From NCBI RefSeq assembly GCF_009914755.1, contig NC_060947.1: a stretch of DNA of 64,000 nt. One strand, written 5' to 3'. The DNA comes from the human T2T-CHM13v2.0 reference genome, Homo sapiens. The notes below the pieces were generated by a model. It ran no database searches, was not told the DNA's origin, and was given only the letters and a program-made list of their open reading frames with translations. Both the position numbers and the translations under genes were made by a program. Shown piece by piece: positions 22,584-43,492 of this stretch; the first letter of the stretch is position 1; the number at the start of each line of letters is the position of its first letter.

Positions 22584-23371
22584 TAAAAGAAGCAACAAAA
22601 GTAAAACATACAAGTTGTTTTCCATAACTTAGGATCACAGATACTACTGTGATTGTAATAAGCATCCTAAGATGAGGCAGTTGTGGTACAGTGGAAAGAG
22701 CCATGAGCTTGGAAACGGAAGATCTGAATTCAGGTTCTGTTTCTGCCATTTAATAGGTCTGTGACCTTAACCTCTCCAAACTTGTTTTCTCTAATATCAA
22801 ATGATATGTCCACAGTGTTGTTGTATTAAATGATATAATTCAGGGGAAGCACTTTATAAACTATAAAATATTCAACAAATGAAACTGTTCTTAATGCATA
22901 CTGAGGTCATTAAGTGTTTTAATGTTCCTTTTTGTATGTGGCATTAGATAAGTGTGATACAGTATTGGCCCCATTTTACAGATGAAACTGAGGTCTAGGA
23001 TACCAGAGCTACTCATTTGCAAAACTGAGATGGAGACTTGGTGTCATCGAACCTTTTTCTTGTTTTGACTAGAGAATGGGAATACACCCAGCAGGCTGAT
23101 GATGCTGCTGAATGTAGATGGGCTTCCAACAGCTTGTCTCCTGCATATTTAATATTTTCATAGTTTACAACTTAAATTGGGAGTGGAAATCTTCTCTTTA
23201 TTCTTCTTACCTGATTTTTAAAGCAATGTTTAGTCTCTGGATTTCATTTTTTTTCTATGTGTCATTTCCATACATGCAGATTTGTCTAGTGGCTTCTGGT
23301 TGATCAGTGCATAACAATTCTATTAGAGCAAAAGTTCTGAAGCTGACTTTGTTTTTCCCATCTTGTATGTA

Positions 23372-23842
<471 letters not shown>

Positions 23843-25100
23843 TAAGAGATACCAGGCAGGAAGTGCTATGGGACAGATTTATTTGAGGTTGGTTATATTG
23901 GTGGCTGGCAGGGGTAGATGTGATGTGTTCTCTGAAGTGGAACTGAAGGAACAGGAATTTTGATGGCGTTTCCTCAGTTATTGTTGCCAGTAATGAAAAT
24001 TATAGCGCTGATTAGGTTGTACCACTTGTTTTGGAGCATGCTGCCTAACTTCTGAGTCTGTTTCCTTAGTTACAAAATAAAACCACCTTTACCAGGATAG
24101 TTAAGAAGATAAAATGAGACAGACTACAAAGCATACAGTACAGTGCCTGACATATAGTAGATGTCAGTTATCTCTTCTTGTTCTACTTCTAGACACTTAT
24201 AATATTTGCAAGGTCCCTAATCTTGTTGTGTTTTTTTTGAGACAAAGTGTTGCTCTGTTTTCCAGGCTGGAGTGCAGTGGCTCACTGCCACCTCTGCCTC
24301 CTGGGTTCAAGCGATTCTCACGCCTCAGCCTCCCGAGTAGCTGGGATTACAGGCGCACGCCACCACGCCCGGCTAATTTTTGTATTTTTGTAGAGATGGG
24401 GTTTCGTTATGTTGGCCAGGCTGGACTCAAAACTCCTGACCTCAAGTGATCCGCCTGCCTAGGCCTCCCAGAGTGCTGGGATTACAGGCGTGCTGGGATT
24501 ACCATGCCCGGCCTAATTTTTGTATTTTTAGTAGAGACAGGGTTTCGCCATGCTGGTCTCAAACTCTTGTCCTCAAGTGATTCTCCCACCTCGGCCTCCC
24601 CAAGCGTTGGGATTACAGGCGTGAGCCATCACTCCCGGCCTCGTAGTGTTCTAATAAAGGACCATCCCAAAAGATGGATGAGACATAGAAACTGTGCTTA
24701 TACTTGTGTCTTGCCCTCAGAGAGTTTAATAGATAATAAAATGGAGAAGTTGTAAAGTTCTTTCCCCTAACTTTTTAGTTTGAAAATGGCAAAACCTACA
24801 GAAAAGTTGAAAGAATATAATATATAATTCCTCTAAATTCACTAATTGTTAACGTTTTGTCACATTTGCTTCATCTTTATATACCTAAAACTTTTTTTTC
24901 CTAAATCATTTGGAACTAAGTTGCAGGCATCATATTTCACTCCTAAGAAAGTTAACATTAATGTAATAATATATAATATTCAGGTCTCATTTAGTCTTCC
25001 CTAGTTGTCTCAGTGTCTTTTATTGCTTCCGTCCCCAGTTCTGGATTCAATCCCAGTTCAAACATTAAATATATTTTGAATCTCTCTTAATCTAGAATGA

Positions 25101-25559
<459 letters not shown>

Positions 25560-27030
25560 TAATGTCATATTTAGGTGATATGCTTACTGTACTATATCAG
25601 CAAGCACATAATGTCAGGTTTTCCCACTGTTTTGATCATCTTGTTAAAGTGGTGATCCTCAGATCCTATAATAAAATATGTTTTTTCTTTATAATTAACA
25701 TGTTGATGAATATCCTGTTCCCTGACAATCTTTTAATAGTTTTAGCATCGGTTGATGACCATTGCTTTATTCAGTTATTTCAGTGGGGGTTCCAAAATGG
25801 TAATTTTTCTAATTCTAGCATTTCTTCAACATTAGCTAACATTTTTCTATAAAAAAGAGCTTTCTACTCTCCCTTTCCAAGTATTACTATGGATTCTGAA
25901 ATTCTTTCCTTTGGAAATTTAATGTTTTATAATTCCTTAACATAATTAATTTTGATGCTCACATAGTGTCCCAAATTTGACTCCCTCAAGCCAGATCCTG
26001 TGTTTTTTTTTTCTTTTTTTTTTTTTTAATGACCCTATAAATATTTGAGAACTTCCTTGCTTTCTGGCACAAGATGTTTTTGTGTTTTTTCTCGAGACAG
26101 AGTCTTCCTCCTTTGCCCAGGCTGGAGTGCGGTGGCGCAATCTCGGCTCACTGAAACCTTTGCCTCCCGGGTTCAAGGGATTCTCCTGCCTCAGCCTCCC
26201 GAGTAGCTGGGATTACAGACCTGTGCCACCACACCTGGCTAATTTTTGTGTTTTTAGTAGAGATGGGTTTTCACCATGTTGGCCAGGCTGGTCTTGAACT
26301 TCTGACCTCGTGATCCACCTGCCTGGGCCTCCCAAAGTGCTGGGATTACAGGCGTGAGCCACCGCGCCCAGCCTTCTGGCACAAGATGTTAAAAGCTCTC
26401 TTTCAAATTTTCCTATCCTATATACCTAGAGTCGGCCATTTCTCCAAAAGCCCAGGTTCCTTTTTCTTTTTGAGACGGAGTCTTGCTCTGTCACCCAGGC
26501 TGGAGTGTGGCACACTGTAACCTCCACCTCCCCAGTTCAAGCAGTTCTCCTGCCTCAGCCTCCCGAGTAACTGGGACTACAGGCACGTGCCACCTTGCCC
26601 TGCTAATTTTGTATTTTTAGTAGAGACAGGGTTTCTCCATGTTGGTCAGGCTGGTCTCGAACTCCCGACCTCAGGTGATCTGCCCGCCTCCACCTCCCAA
26701 AGTGCTGAGATTATAGACATGAGCTACCACGCTCAGCTGGTATACATATATTTTAAATTACAACTTTATACTGATACCTCCAATTTAGTTTATAGATCTT
26801 TTTTTCTCATCTTCCCTTATTTCATATTTGTATCCATTCTCAAGAAATAACTTAATTTCTGTATGTATTTACTTAGAAATCAATATATTTATTGAGAAAT
26901 TTGCTCTGTCCTATGATATGTACAAAATAGTTTCAGAATTACTATAATAATACCACTACCACCAACAAACCCATAAAGTAGGTTCAAGATGGTTTTTGTA
27001 GTTTATTTTTCTTGGACTACATGCCACTGA

Positions 27031-27372
<342 letters not shown>

Positions 27373-27416
27373 TGAATCACTTCTTTTTTTGTGTGTAATT
27401 TAAGAAATCAATTTGA

Positions 27417-27767
<351 letters not shown>

Positions 27768-27812
27768 TAATTACTAATATCCGTAATAGTCATTGTTTTT
27801 TGAAACACATTA

Positions 27813-28425
<613 letters not shown>

Positions 28426-28718
28426 TCAAAAAAAAAAAAAAAAAAAAGAGAATGTTGGAACTAGAAGGATTCTTAAAATTCTTTAGTCTGGTTTCCTTAT
28501 CTTCCCAATAGGAAACTGAGGTAAAATTGTGACTTGCCTAGTTATTTATTAACTTGGAGAGCCTATGAGGGCTTGCCTGATCTGAACCTTAGAAGGTGGA
28601 TGTTTGGCCTTTGGTTTGGCTTTTTCCTCGCTAGGCTCGTGCTTAGGTACCTTGGACTTTTTTTTAATTATAGTTGCTTTTTTTCCCCCTGGGAACTAGA
28701 AATAGGGGCTGTATCTAA

Positions 28719-28871
<153 letters not shown>

Positions 28872-28954
28872 TGATTAGGTAGGTTATCATTGATTCCCCA
28901 GCCCTGTATGCCACAGCTCTGACAGCCTTAGATTCTCCAGTTGCCTTGCCCTGA

Positions 28955-29442
<488 letters not shown>

Positions 29443-29674
29443 TGAGTAGTTCAGATTACAGGCACATGCCACCACACCCAGCTAATTTTTGTATTTTTAG
29501 TAGAGACGGGGCTTCACCATGTTGCCCAGGCTGGTGTTGAACTCTTGGCCTCAAGTGGTCCACCCACCTCAGCCTCCCAAAGTGCTGGGATTACAGGTGT
29601 GAGCTACTGTGCCTGGACAGAATGTGGATTTTTTTTGGTCTGAGGAAGCATTCTGATTTCACATTTCTCCTTAG

Positions 29675-29773
29675 AGACCTCATAAGTCCATCCACCGGCG
29701 CCGCACAGACCCTATGGTGACGCTGTCGTCCATCTTGGAGTCTATCATCAATGACATGAGAGATCTTCCAAAT
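29675..29773 (+). CDS. TAF1: TAF1 exon 27 ([13 protein letters not shown]...MRDLPN), start of bromodomain 1
   Basis: ccttag|AGA, AAT|gtgagt, 99 nt. Confidence 0.96.
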
Positions 29774-30008
29774 GTGAGTTCATTGCATTGGATATCTATA
29801 GTAGGGATGTCAAGGCCTTTTGTTCTGTCTGTGATTTCCAATAGAGGGCAGTAATCTGTAGATTTAGGTAACTGGAATGCCTAATTTTTAGGGAGTTAGT
29901 TTTTTTTGTTTGTTTGTTTTTTTAAGCAGTTTAGTAGAGGAAACAGACGTGCTCCATCTAGAAAGATTCCTTTCAGTGTTGATAGCCAGGTAGATAGGTA
30001 AGATGTGA

Positions 30009-30326
<318 letters not shown>

Positions 30327-30783
30327 TAGATTGGACTGAGAGGACTACAGTGTATTTGTGCATTCATTTGTGGGTATGAAAATCAGGTAATGTACATTTT
30401 CAGTCATTTAATAAATATCACTTCTTTTTTTTTAAGGAGGGGGTTGGAGTCTCTGTCATCCAGGCTGGAGTGCAGTGGCGCAATCTTGGCTCACTGCAAC
30501 CTCCGCCTCTCGGTTCAAGCGATTCTCCTGCCTCAGCCTCCCGAGTAGCTGGGATTACAGGCATGCGCCACCATGCCTGGCTAATTTTTGTATTTTTAGT
30601 AGAGACTGGGTTTCACCATGTTGGTCAGGCTTGTCTCTAACTCCTGACTTCGTCATCCACCCGCCTCAGCCTCCCAGGATTACAGGTGTGAGCCACTGCG
30701 CCCGGCCTAATGTCACTTCTTTTTATTCCCACTGTTTAATTCTTATATCCTTTGGAGAATTTGGAGTCTATTCGTTGCAATGA

Positions 30784-31246
<463 letters not shown>

Positions 31247-31772
31247 TCACTTTGCTCAAAAGCTGAGAAGACAAAGAGGAAGAAATCTGTTTGTCTTTTT
31301 TTTTTTTCCCTTGTGAGACAGGATTTCATTCCTGTTGCCCAGTAGCCTCCTGAGTAGCTGGGACTACAGGTGCTTTCCATCACACCCTGTTAATTTTTGT
31401 ACTTTTTTGGTAGAGATGGGGTTTTGCCATGTTGCCCAGGCTGGTCTCAAACTCTTGAGCTCAACCGATCTTGCCCACCTCGGCCTCCCAAAGTGCTAGG
31501 ATTACAGGCATGAGCCATTGCGCCTGGCCTGTTGCTGTGTCTTAAAAAGAGGAAACAGTATAGCTTCTGCATGTAAAGGATAAGGTTTTCTGGTTTCCAT
31601 TTGCATCCTTGAGCACAGATTCACAGATATAAATGTAGGGATTCGGAGTACAGATAGAGTGTAAATCATGGCTCTGGCACTTACTAATTGAGTTACCATA
31701 GACAAGTTATTTAACTTCTCATACCCTCCTCAGTTTTCTCATCTGTAAACATGGGATAGTAGTACTACGTGA

Positions 31773-34975
<3,203 letters not shown>

Positions 34976-35065
34976 GCATTTGCTTTTTTTAATTTTAATT
35001 TTTTTTATTTGTCAGGCAAGTAAGACAGTTAAGGGACACTTGTTTTTATTTCTCTTGGGTATATA

Positions 35066-35293
35066 AAGATCGAGCATCCCAAATCCAAAAACTTGACATG
35101 CTCAAATCTTAAACTTTTTGAATGCCTGCTTGATGCTCTAAGGAAATCCTCATTGGAGCATTTGGATTTCTAATTTTCGGATTAGGGATGTTCACATATT
35201 TGCAGATATTCCAAAATATTTCAGATTCTTAAAAAACCTGAAATCTGAAACACTTGCGGTCCCAAGCATTTCAGATAAGGGATACTCAGTCTG
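35066..35293. mobile_element. Tigger4/MER46-like element inserted in an old L1
   Basis: GAGCATCCCAAATCC start and AGGGATACTCAGTCTG-TA end; L1 sequence resumes on both sides. Confidence 0.7.
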
Positions 35294-36369
35294 TACCTAG
35301 GAGCCGAATTGCTGAGTCCACATGGTAACTCTTATGTTTAATTAACTTTTTGAGGAACTGCCAAACTGTTTGCCAGAGCAGCTGCACCATTTTGTAATCC
35401 CACCAGCAGTGTATAAGGGTTCCAGTTTCTTCATATCCTTATCAACACTTGTTATTGTCTATCTTTTTCCTTCTAACCATCCTAGTGGGTGTAAAGTGGT
35501 ATTTCATTGTAATTTTGATTTGCATTTCCCTATTGACTAATTATGCTGAAAATTTTTGCATATGGTTAGAAATACCATTCTTGAACTTTTGTGCATTTGC
35601 CACTATTGACCACTTTTTCCTCCTTGATACTGTCTTCTCCCTTTTCCAGAAATACTTTCTCGAATCATTTCCTTGCCTTTTCATTCTCATTACTTCAGCC
35701 ATAATATATCTGTTAACATCACTATCTCCAGCCCCATACCTCTCTTCAGGGCTCCATACCTGTGCTTCTAGTTGTCTGCCAGACATGTCCATTTTTCATT
35801 GCCCAACTGGCAACTTATTGTCTGATTGTCTATCTAGTTGTACATCCTAGAAATCATAGTCATAATTTATTCCATCTTCACTTCCCCATACTCATAGATA
35901 ACCAAGTCCCATAAATTGGAAATTCTAAGTTGCCAATGGAAAAACAAATAACAAAGATACTGGTCTGGGGTTAGGAGAGTGTTCGCAGTCATCATACTCC
36001 TCTTGGCCAGCAGTGTCCCACGTGTTCAGGCTAACGATTTGCCCATCCACGGATGTCTGGACGCTATAATTGTCAAAGACAGTGGGGGGATATACTCCTC
36101 AGGAAAGACATTTGTTGTATAACTGATGAGGAGGCAGGTTTTACCTATAGCCTCATCTCCTACAACCACACATTTGATTGTCTGCATTCTTCCCTTGTAG
36201 TCCTATGTACAAGAGAGACAGAAAGAATATTCAGAGATGCTTGGTTAATGTAGGGAGCTATTCTAAACATTTCTCTCTGAGGAGAAGATGAGGAAGATAA
36301 GATGCCCCCCACACTCTCTATACCCTTAATGCCATACAAGAGTCAGCTACAAAGGGTTGTATAAGTCAA

Positions 36370-36563
36370 GAGTTCTTACCCTGGAGTCTGTGGACTACTA
36401 GAGGATGGGCTTCGGTAGGTCCTAGAAGCCTCTTCTGAAGTTGTGTACAATACTATGTATATGTGCATAAGTGAATTTTTCTGGAAAGAAGGTCCAGAGC
36501 TGTCACCAGTATCTCACAGAAGGCTTTTTAATCTTTGGGTGAGCTCAAAAAGATTAAAAACCA
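36370..36563. mobile_element. hAT-Charlie MITE (Charlie4z-like, tentative); related copies near 16650-17170, 45880-46020 and 53530-53672
   Basis: Shared motif ATTTTTCTGG..AGA.GGTCCA.AGCT and AAAAA..TTAA.AACCA end. Confidence 0.5.
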
Positions 36564-36900
36564 TTCATCCACATAGGTATTTGTGTTACACCGTTATCAT
36601 AAGGTCTGGATCTACTGTATCAAAGGTACTAAAATATTGTAGGTGCTTAATAAATGGTTAGTAATTTTTAAAAATTATCATAGAAGGTTTCCAGGGTTGA
36701 ATCAAGAAACATGGCTGTCACTTTGGGTCTCTGGCTATAGAGCCAGCAGAGGAACCTCCATTCCTGAAAAACAGAGACATCACAATACTGGAGAGAAAGG
36801 CAGACAAGTCACACTCAGCTAGAGAAATGGTTAAGAGGGCTAGGCGCGGTGGCTCACGCCTGTATTCCCAGCACTTTAGGAGGCGGAGGCGGGCAGATCA

Positions 36901-37275
<375 letters not shown>

Positions 37276-38154
37276 TCACCCGGGCTAGAGTGCAGGGGTG
37301 CATCTCAGCTTACTGCAGCCTCTGCCTCCTGGGTTCAAACGATTTTTGTGCCTCAGCCTCCCGAGTAGCTGGAATTATAGGCATGTGCCACCACGCCCAG
37401 CTAATTTTTGCATTTTTAGTAGAGACAGGGTTTCACCATGTTGACCAGGCTGGTCTTGAACTCCTAGCCTCAAGTGATCCACCCGCCTCTGCCTCTCAAA
37501 GTGCTGGGATCACAGGCATGAGCCACCGCACCCAGCCAGAGAAAATTTTTAACCTGAGGGTTAAATGAAAGAAGGCATGCGTAGTACTTATTAGTCTCTC
37601 TCACATAGCCAGTACTCATTAAGTGTTAGAAGCTACTATGTCTTCTTAATAATTCTACTATTCTACTACTGGAGAAGGCAAAAATTCTGTAATATGGTTA
37701 CAATGCTAGATAAACCAGGAGTCTCATCCCCTTCAACCTTATGTGAGTAAAACTACAGGTCTTAATGCCACCATACTCATCCATTTCTTCATGAATCAGT
37801 ATTTCACAGTAAATGATATGGCAGAGATGATCTCCAAGAAGCTTGTTTATTATGAGTTCCTATATTTATACCCCCATATTAATACCCCATCAATGCCTTG
37901 CCCTCAATTTAGGTCCCGAAGTACTCTACTTTCTGTAGGTTCTTAACTACTGCCCTAATTTCAGACCTAATTCTTATAGCAGTGACTTCTTTAAGTGTCA
38001 GAGCACAGAGGAAAGGGCATTAAATAATCATATATATTTGGTTACAGAAAAAAAATTGAGAATCAGTTTATTTCTCACCTTGAGGATTTGGGGAAATAGA
38101 GACATCCCCCATTCTGTTGTCTCATTAGCTAAGGTCTACATTAGGCCCATATCA

Positions 38155-38599
<445 letters not shown>

Positions 38600-39139
38600 C
38601 TAGAAGTCTTCTTTAGCACAGGTTCCACAGCTAAAATAAGTCCAGAGCATAATTTAACTCTGGTAGGAAACCACCCCAGGGTATTCACTGACCATCAGCC
38701 GGTTCTTTTTCCATCTAGGAATAGGCATAAGGATCAAACACACAAGGTCGATAGAAAAGGGGCACAGTCATCACCACCTTCCTCGAGAATAGCCTTCTTT
38801 GACTTTCCTGATCTGGATAAATGTATTTCCCCTCTGAATTCCTACAACAATTACTGTCTGTGCAACTCATTTTCCCAGCTTCCTCTAGGTATCATCCAGT
38901 GTCCAACACCTCTGCTCAAAGTGACTGCTTCCAGAACAACAGTGCAACTTAGGCAGTTGCTGAACCAGAGTAAAACTCTTAGGGACAGGCCGGGCACGGT
39001 GGCTCACGCCTGTAATCCCAGCAGTTTGGGAAGCTGAGGAGGGCAGATCACTTGAAGTCAGGAGTTCAAGACCAGCCTGGCCAACACTCCAACCTGAGTG
39101 ACAGAGCCAGACCCTGTCTCAAAAAAAAAAAAAAAAAAA

Positions 39140-39460
39140 ATTTCATATTGAAACTTAATGCCCAAATGTGGCAGTATTGAGAGGTGGAGTTTTCAAGAAG
39201 TGACTGGATCTTGAGGACCCTGTCCTCATGAATGAATTAATCCATTCATGGATTAATAGATTAATGGGTTAATATGGGAGTGGAACTAGTGGCTTCATAA
39301 GAAGAGGAAAAGGGACCTGAGCAAGCATGCTCAGCCCCCTCACCATGGGATTCTCTGAGCCACCTCGGGACTCTGCAGAGTTTCCACTAGCAAAAAGGCT
39401 CTTACTAATTGTGGCCCCTCAACCATGGACTGTTCAGCCTCCATAATTATAAGAAATTTC
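39140..39460. mobile_element. MST-type MaLR solo LTR fragment
   Basis: TTGAAACTTAAT..CCAAATGTGGCAGTATTGAGAGGTGG and CCTCATGAATGAATTAATCCATTCATGGATTAAT motifs. Confidence 0.7.
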
Positions 39461-40216
39461 TTGTTTTTTGTTTTTGAGACAGAGTCTCACTCTGTTGCCC
39501 AGGCTGGAGTACAGTGGCATAATCACAGCGTAATGCAGTCTCAGTATCCCTGGGCTCGATGATTCTCCCACCTCAGCCTCCCGAGTAGCTGGGACCACAG
39601 GTGTGCTTCAGCACACCCAGCTAGTTTTTGTATTTTTTTTTTCTTGTAGAGACAGGGTTTCGTCACATTGCCCAGGCTGGTCTCGAACTCCTGGGCTCAA
39701 GCGATCTGTCCACCTCAGCATCCCAAAGTGCTGGGATTACAGGCGTGAGCAACCACCCCCGGCCCCAGTAAGCAGATACAGTTGTTGTAAAACAACTTAT
39801 AGCATACTGTGTTGTGCTGTCAGCAGTAAATGCATTTATGATGTTTTCCACTCATTATGTGTTTATTGGGATGTAACCCTATCATAAGTCAAGGAGCATC
39901 TGTATCTCATATGCAGCTCCTCCATAATTCATGGCAACCAATATATTCCTCTATTTATACTAATACTCTATTTTTAAAAAAAATTATGGAAATTGTTAGA
40001 CACATACAGAAATAAAAGAGGAAGTAAACTTCAGTGCTATTCAGTCAGTTCAACACTTTGTTAGCATATGGTCAATCTAGTATATATTTTCAGCTTTTGT
40101 ATTATTTCATCCATAAATACTTAAAGCATTTATACTCTGTCTTGCAATAATTTATTTTCAAGTCATTTCTTTGACTAGACCAGCAACTATCTTTATTTTT
40201 TTGTTCTATTTTTTGA

Positions 40217-40429
<213 letters not shown>

Positions 40430-41319
40430 TGAAGCAATCCTCCTGCCTCAGTCTCACAAAGTGTTGAGTTTACAGGCGTGAGCCACTGTGTCTGGCCTAA
40501 GCCAATAAGTCTCATAGGCAGGAAGTCTGTCTTATTTTTCCTTATATTCCCATCATTGAACACATTGTACACAGTCATTAAACATTTGTTAAATGAATAA
40601 ACAAGTGAATGCTGAATTAAATAATAAGTGAGAATAGAACTGACGTTTTGGCTCTGGGGAGCACTAACACAAAAGGATAGACAGAGGAATACAATCTAGC
40701 AAAGGATATGTAAAAGAAGTAATTGGAATTACTTGCTAGATGAAAATATTTTAGCTGCTTTATGATGAGCTTAAATTAGGGCATTCATAAGCAGGGAGTG
40801 TAGGAGATAGGTCAGATAGTTCAAGGATTTTCTGAAGCTTCTGATAGGGATCAGTATGGAGATTTTTTTTTTTTTTTTTTTTTTTTGAGATGGAGTTTCA
40901 CTCTTGTTGCCCAGGCTGGGGTGCAATGGCACAGTCTTGGCTCACGCAACCTCCACCTCCCGGGTTCAAGTGATTCTCCTGCCTCAGCTTCCTGAGTAGC
41001 TGGGATTACAGGCATGCGCCACCATACCCAGCTAATTTTGTATTTTTAGTAGAGACGGGGTTTCTCCATGTTGGTCAGGCTGGTCTTGAGCTCCCAACCT
41101 CAGGTGATCCGCCTGCCTCGGCCTCCCAAAGTGCTAGGATTACAGGCGTGAGCCACCACGCCCAGCCCAGAGATTCTTTTTTAACATAGGCTTGTATTAA
41201 CCCGATGTTATTAGAACACCACAAACCGTAAATTCTACAAACAAAAGTTGCAATCACAAATTTTATATGTTAAGTGTGGGAAAATTACAAGTCACCCATC
41301 GGTCTATTTAGGCATTCTT

Positions 41320-43093
41320 TTTCTTTTTATTGTATTTTCAAAAACAACTTTATTCATCGCACGTATTAAAAAAAAATTCCCACCCCTGGAAATGAGCTAA
41401 AAAAGTAAACAAAATCCACCTCCCACCTCCCTGTTCCCACTTCCTCCAATTCCCACCAAATAAAAGGGAAAAAAGGCAAAGGAAAAAAAAACAAAAACAA
41501 AAACACCCCTAAACCCCCAAAATCAAGGTAGTGCATTTCCCCAGGGAGAAGGGGAATTTACACTGGAGCTGCTAGGGGCGGAACGGAGATCTTCCGGCTA
41601 CAGAAACCTGCAAAGAAAGACACTCAAAACAGAAAAAGAAACACAAAAGGAAACAAAATAGATCACCAGGCAATCTGGAGGGGCAGGGAGCCGGAGAAGA
41701 GGGGTGGGGTGGGTGGTAGACCTGACTGGACAGGAGCTGGCAGGAGAGGACTGTGAAAGGTTAGAAGACGGAGGGAAGGTGACAAGCAGAACAGTTTGGT
41801 GTCCTTCCAGAGCCCTGGCTAAAAAATAAAAAAACCTCCTACCACCCACACCCACCTACCCTTGAGCAGCCCCCAGGGGGGTGAAATGGGGCAGGGAAAC
41901 ATGGGGAGCAGCTTGCTAGTTGAGACGTGTCCATGGCGAATCCCCAGAGTGAATAAGCAGCCTCCTGCCCCACTCCCTGGGCCTTCCCCTGCTCCCTAAA
42001 GCAGGTCCCTCCTCAGCAGTTAGTTATGGGATTCTCCCCCCCTTCCACAGTATATCTTTTTAAAAAAATACTTTTTTCCCATCAAGGTCATCTTCTGTTT
42101 TTTGTTTGTATTTTTTTTAATTCTTTTTTTTTTTCCCCTTCTGTCCTCTTTTTTTCTTCTCTTTCCTCCTCATACTTTTTTTAGTAAGGGGAGTACCATG
42201 ATGTCGCTCTAGCCTGGCCTCTGTAGACGTGACCCCGGGGCCTGCTGTTAAAACCACTGTGGAATCGAGAGAGGGAACTGCTGTAGTTGGTGGTCCGGGC
42301 ATGGTAGCGGGCTCCTGGAAAACCCCGATCTGTTGTGCTGATTCCTGGTCTGTTGGTTCATTTTGGGATCACCTTGATTTGCCTTCCTCTAAATAGGGAG
42401 TCATCTAAGGCCAGGGAAGTCCTCACTGACTCTTTGTCTGAGAACTCTATATATGCAAACCCTTTGGAATGGCCACTAAATTTGTCACAGAGTATGGTAA
42501 CACGGTTGACTGAACCACAGCCATGAAAGTGAGCTTCCAGCTCTTCTGCTGTTGCACCATAGTCAACATTGCCAACATAGATGGAACGGGCATCGGCCTC
42601 CATCTTCTCCTCAATGACATGATCACTGGGCCAGCATTTCCTGGAGGTGGACTCATACTCATCTGCTTCTCTACCTCGTTCTGTAGCTCCTTTAGCTTCT
42701 CAGCTTCTTCCTCCATCTCCCTAACTCGAGCTTTGATAGCTTCCAGCTCCGGATCCTCAATGGCGCTGTCTTCCGGGTCACCCTCGACCAGTCATGGCTC
42801 CTCCTCCTCCTCTTGGCTGCCAGGGGCTCCCGAACCAGGCCTGGAGCTCCCGTGGGGGTGGGGGGCGCAAGGCCAGGGCGGCTCCTCTTCAGGCTTGGGC
42901 TCCGGCTCGGGGTCCAGCGGCAGCTCCTCAGGCTACAGTTCCTCAGACTCCAGGCCGTTCCCGTAGTCCCCTACGCCCCCCGGGGCCCCCTCCCCGGCCT
43001 CCCCACCGGCCCCAGGCACAAGATGGCGCCACCGCCCTGACCCGGAGGCCTGACCGCCTGCAGCCCCAGCCGCCCGCTGCCGCCTGCTCACTC
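41320..43093 (-). pseudogene. PABPN1P1: PABPN1 processed pseudogene, antisense within TAF1 intron 28
   Basis: Intronless; RRM peptide [16 protein letters not shown]...GFAYIEF; full 3' UTR with AATAAA at 41349-41354 (-); 13-bp TSD TTTAGGCATTCTT at 41307-41319 and 43094-43106; premature stops at 42933-42935, 42792-42794 and 42358-42360; frameshift near 42616; native stop at 42181-42183. The P1 symbol is recalled from memory. Confidence 0.93.
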
Positions 43094-43264
43094 TTTAGGC
43101 ATTCTTAAAGAAATTATTGCTCCCCTTCCATAGTATTATGTTTGAGGTATTAAAAGCAGCAGTAGTACTACTGTGTGTAGATACACACAAGGAAAGAGTT
43201 AAAGTTAGTTTATTCATTCATATTGTGTAACTGCTATGTTTTAGGTGCTGGAAAATGGACATAA

Positions 43265-43492
<228 letters not shown>

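Noticed and set aside
42358-42716. Minus-strand ORFs encoding the PABPN1 coiled coil and RRM
   Set aside because: Fragments of a pseudogene with stops, a frameshift and no start codon; not a credible gene.
42523-43108. Plus-strand Ser/Pro-rich ORFs (147, 104 and 75 aa)
   Set aside because: Antisense shadows of the GC-rich PABPN1 coding sequence.
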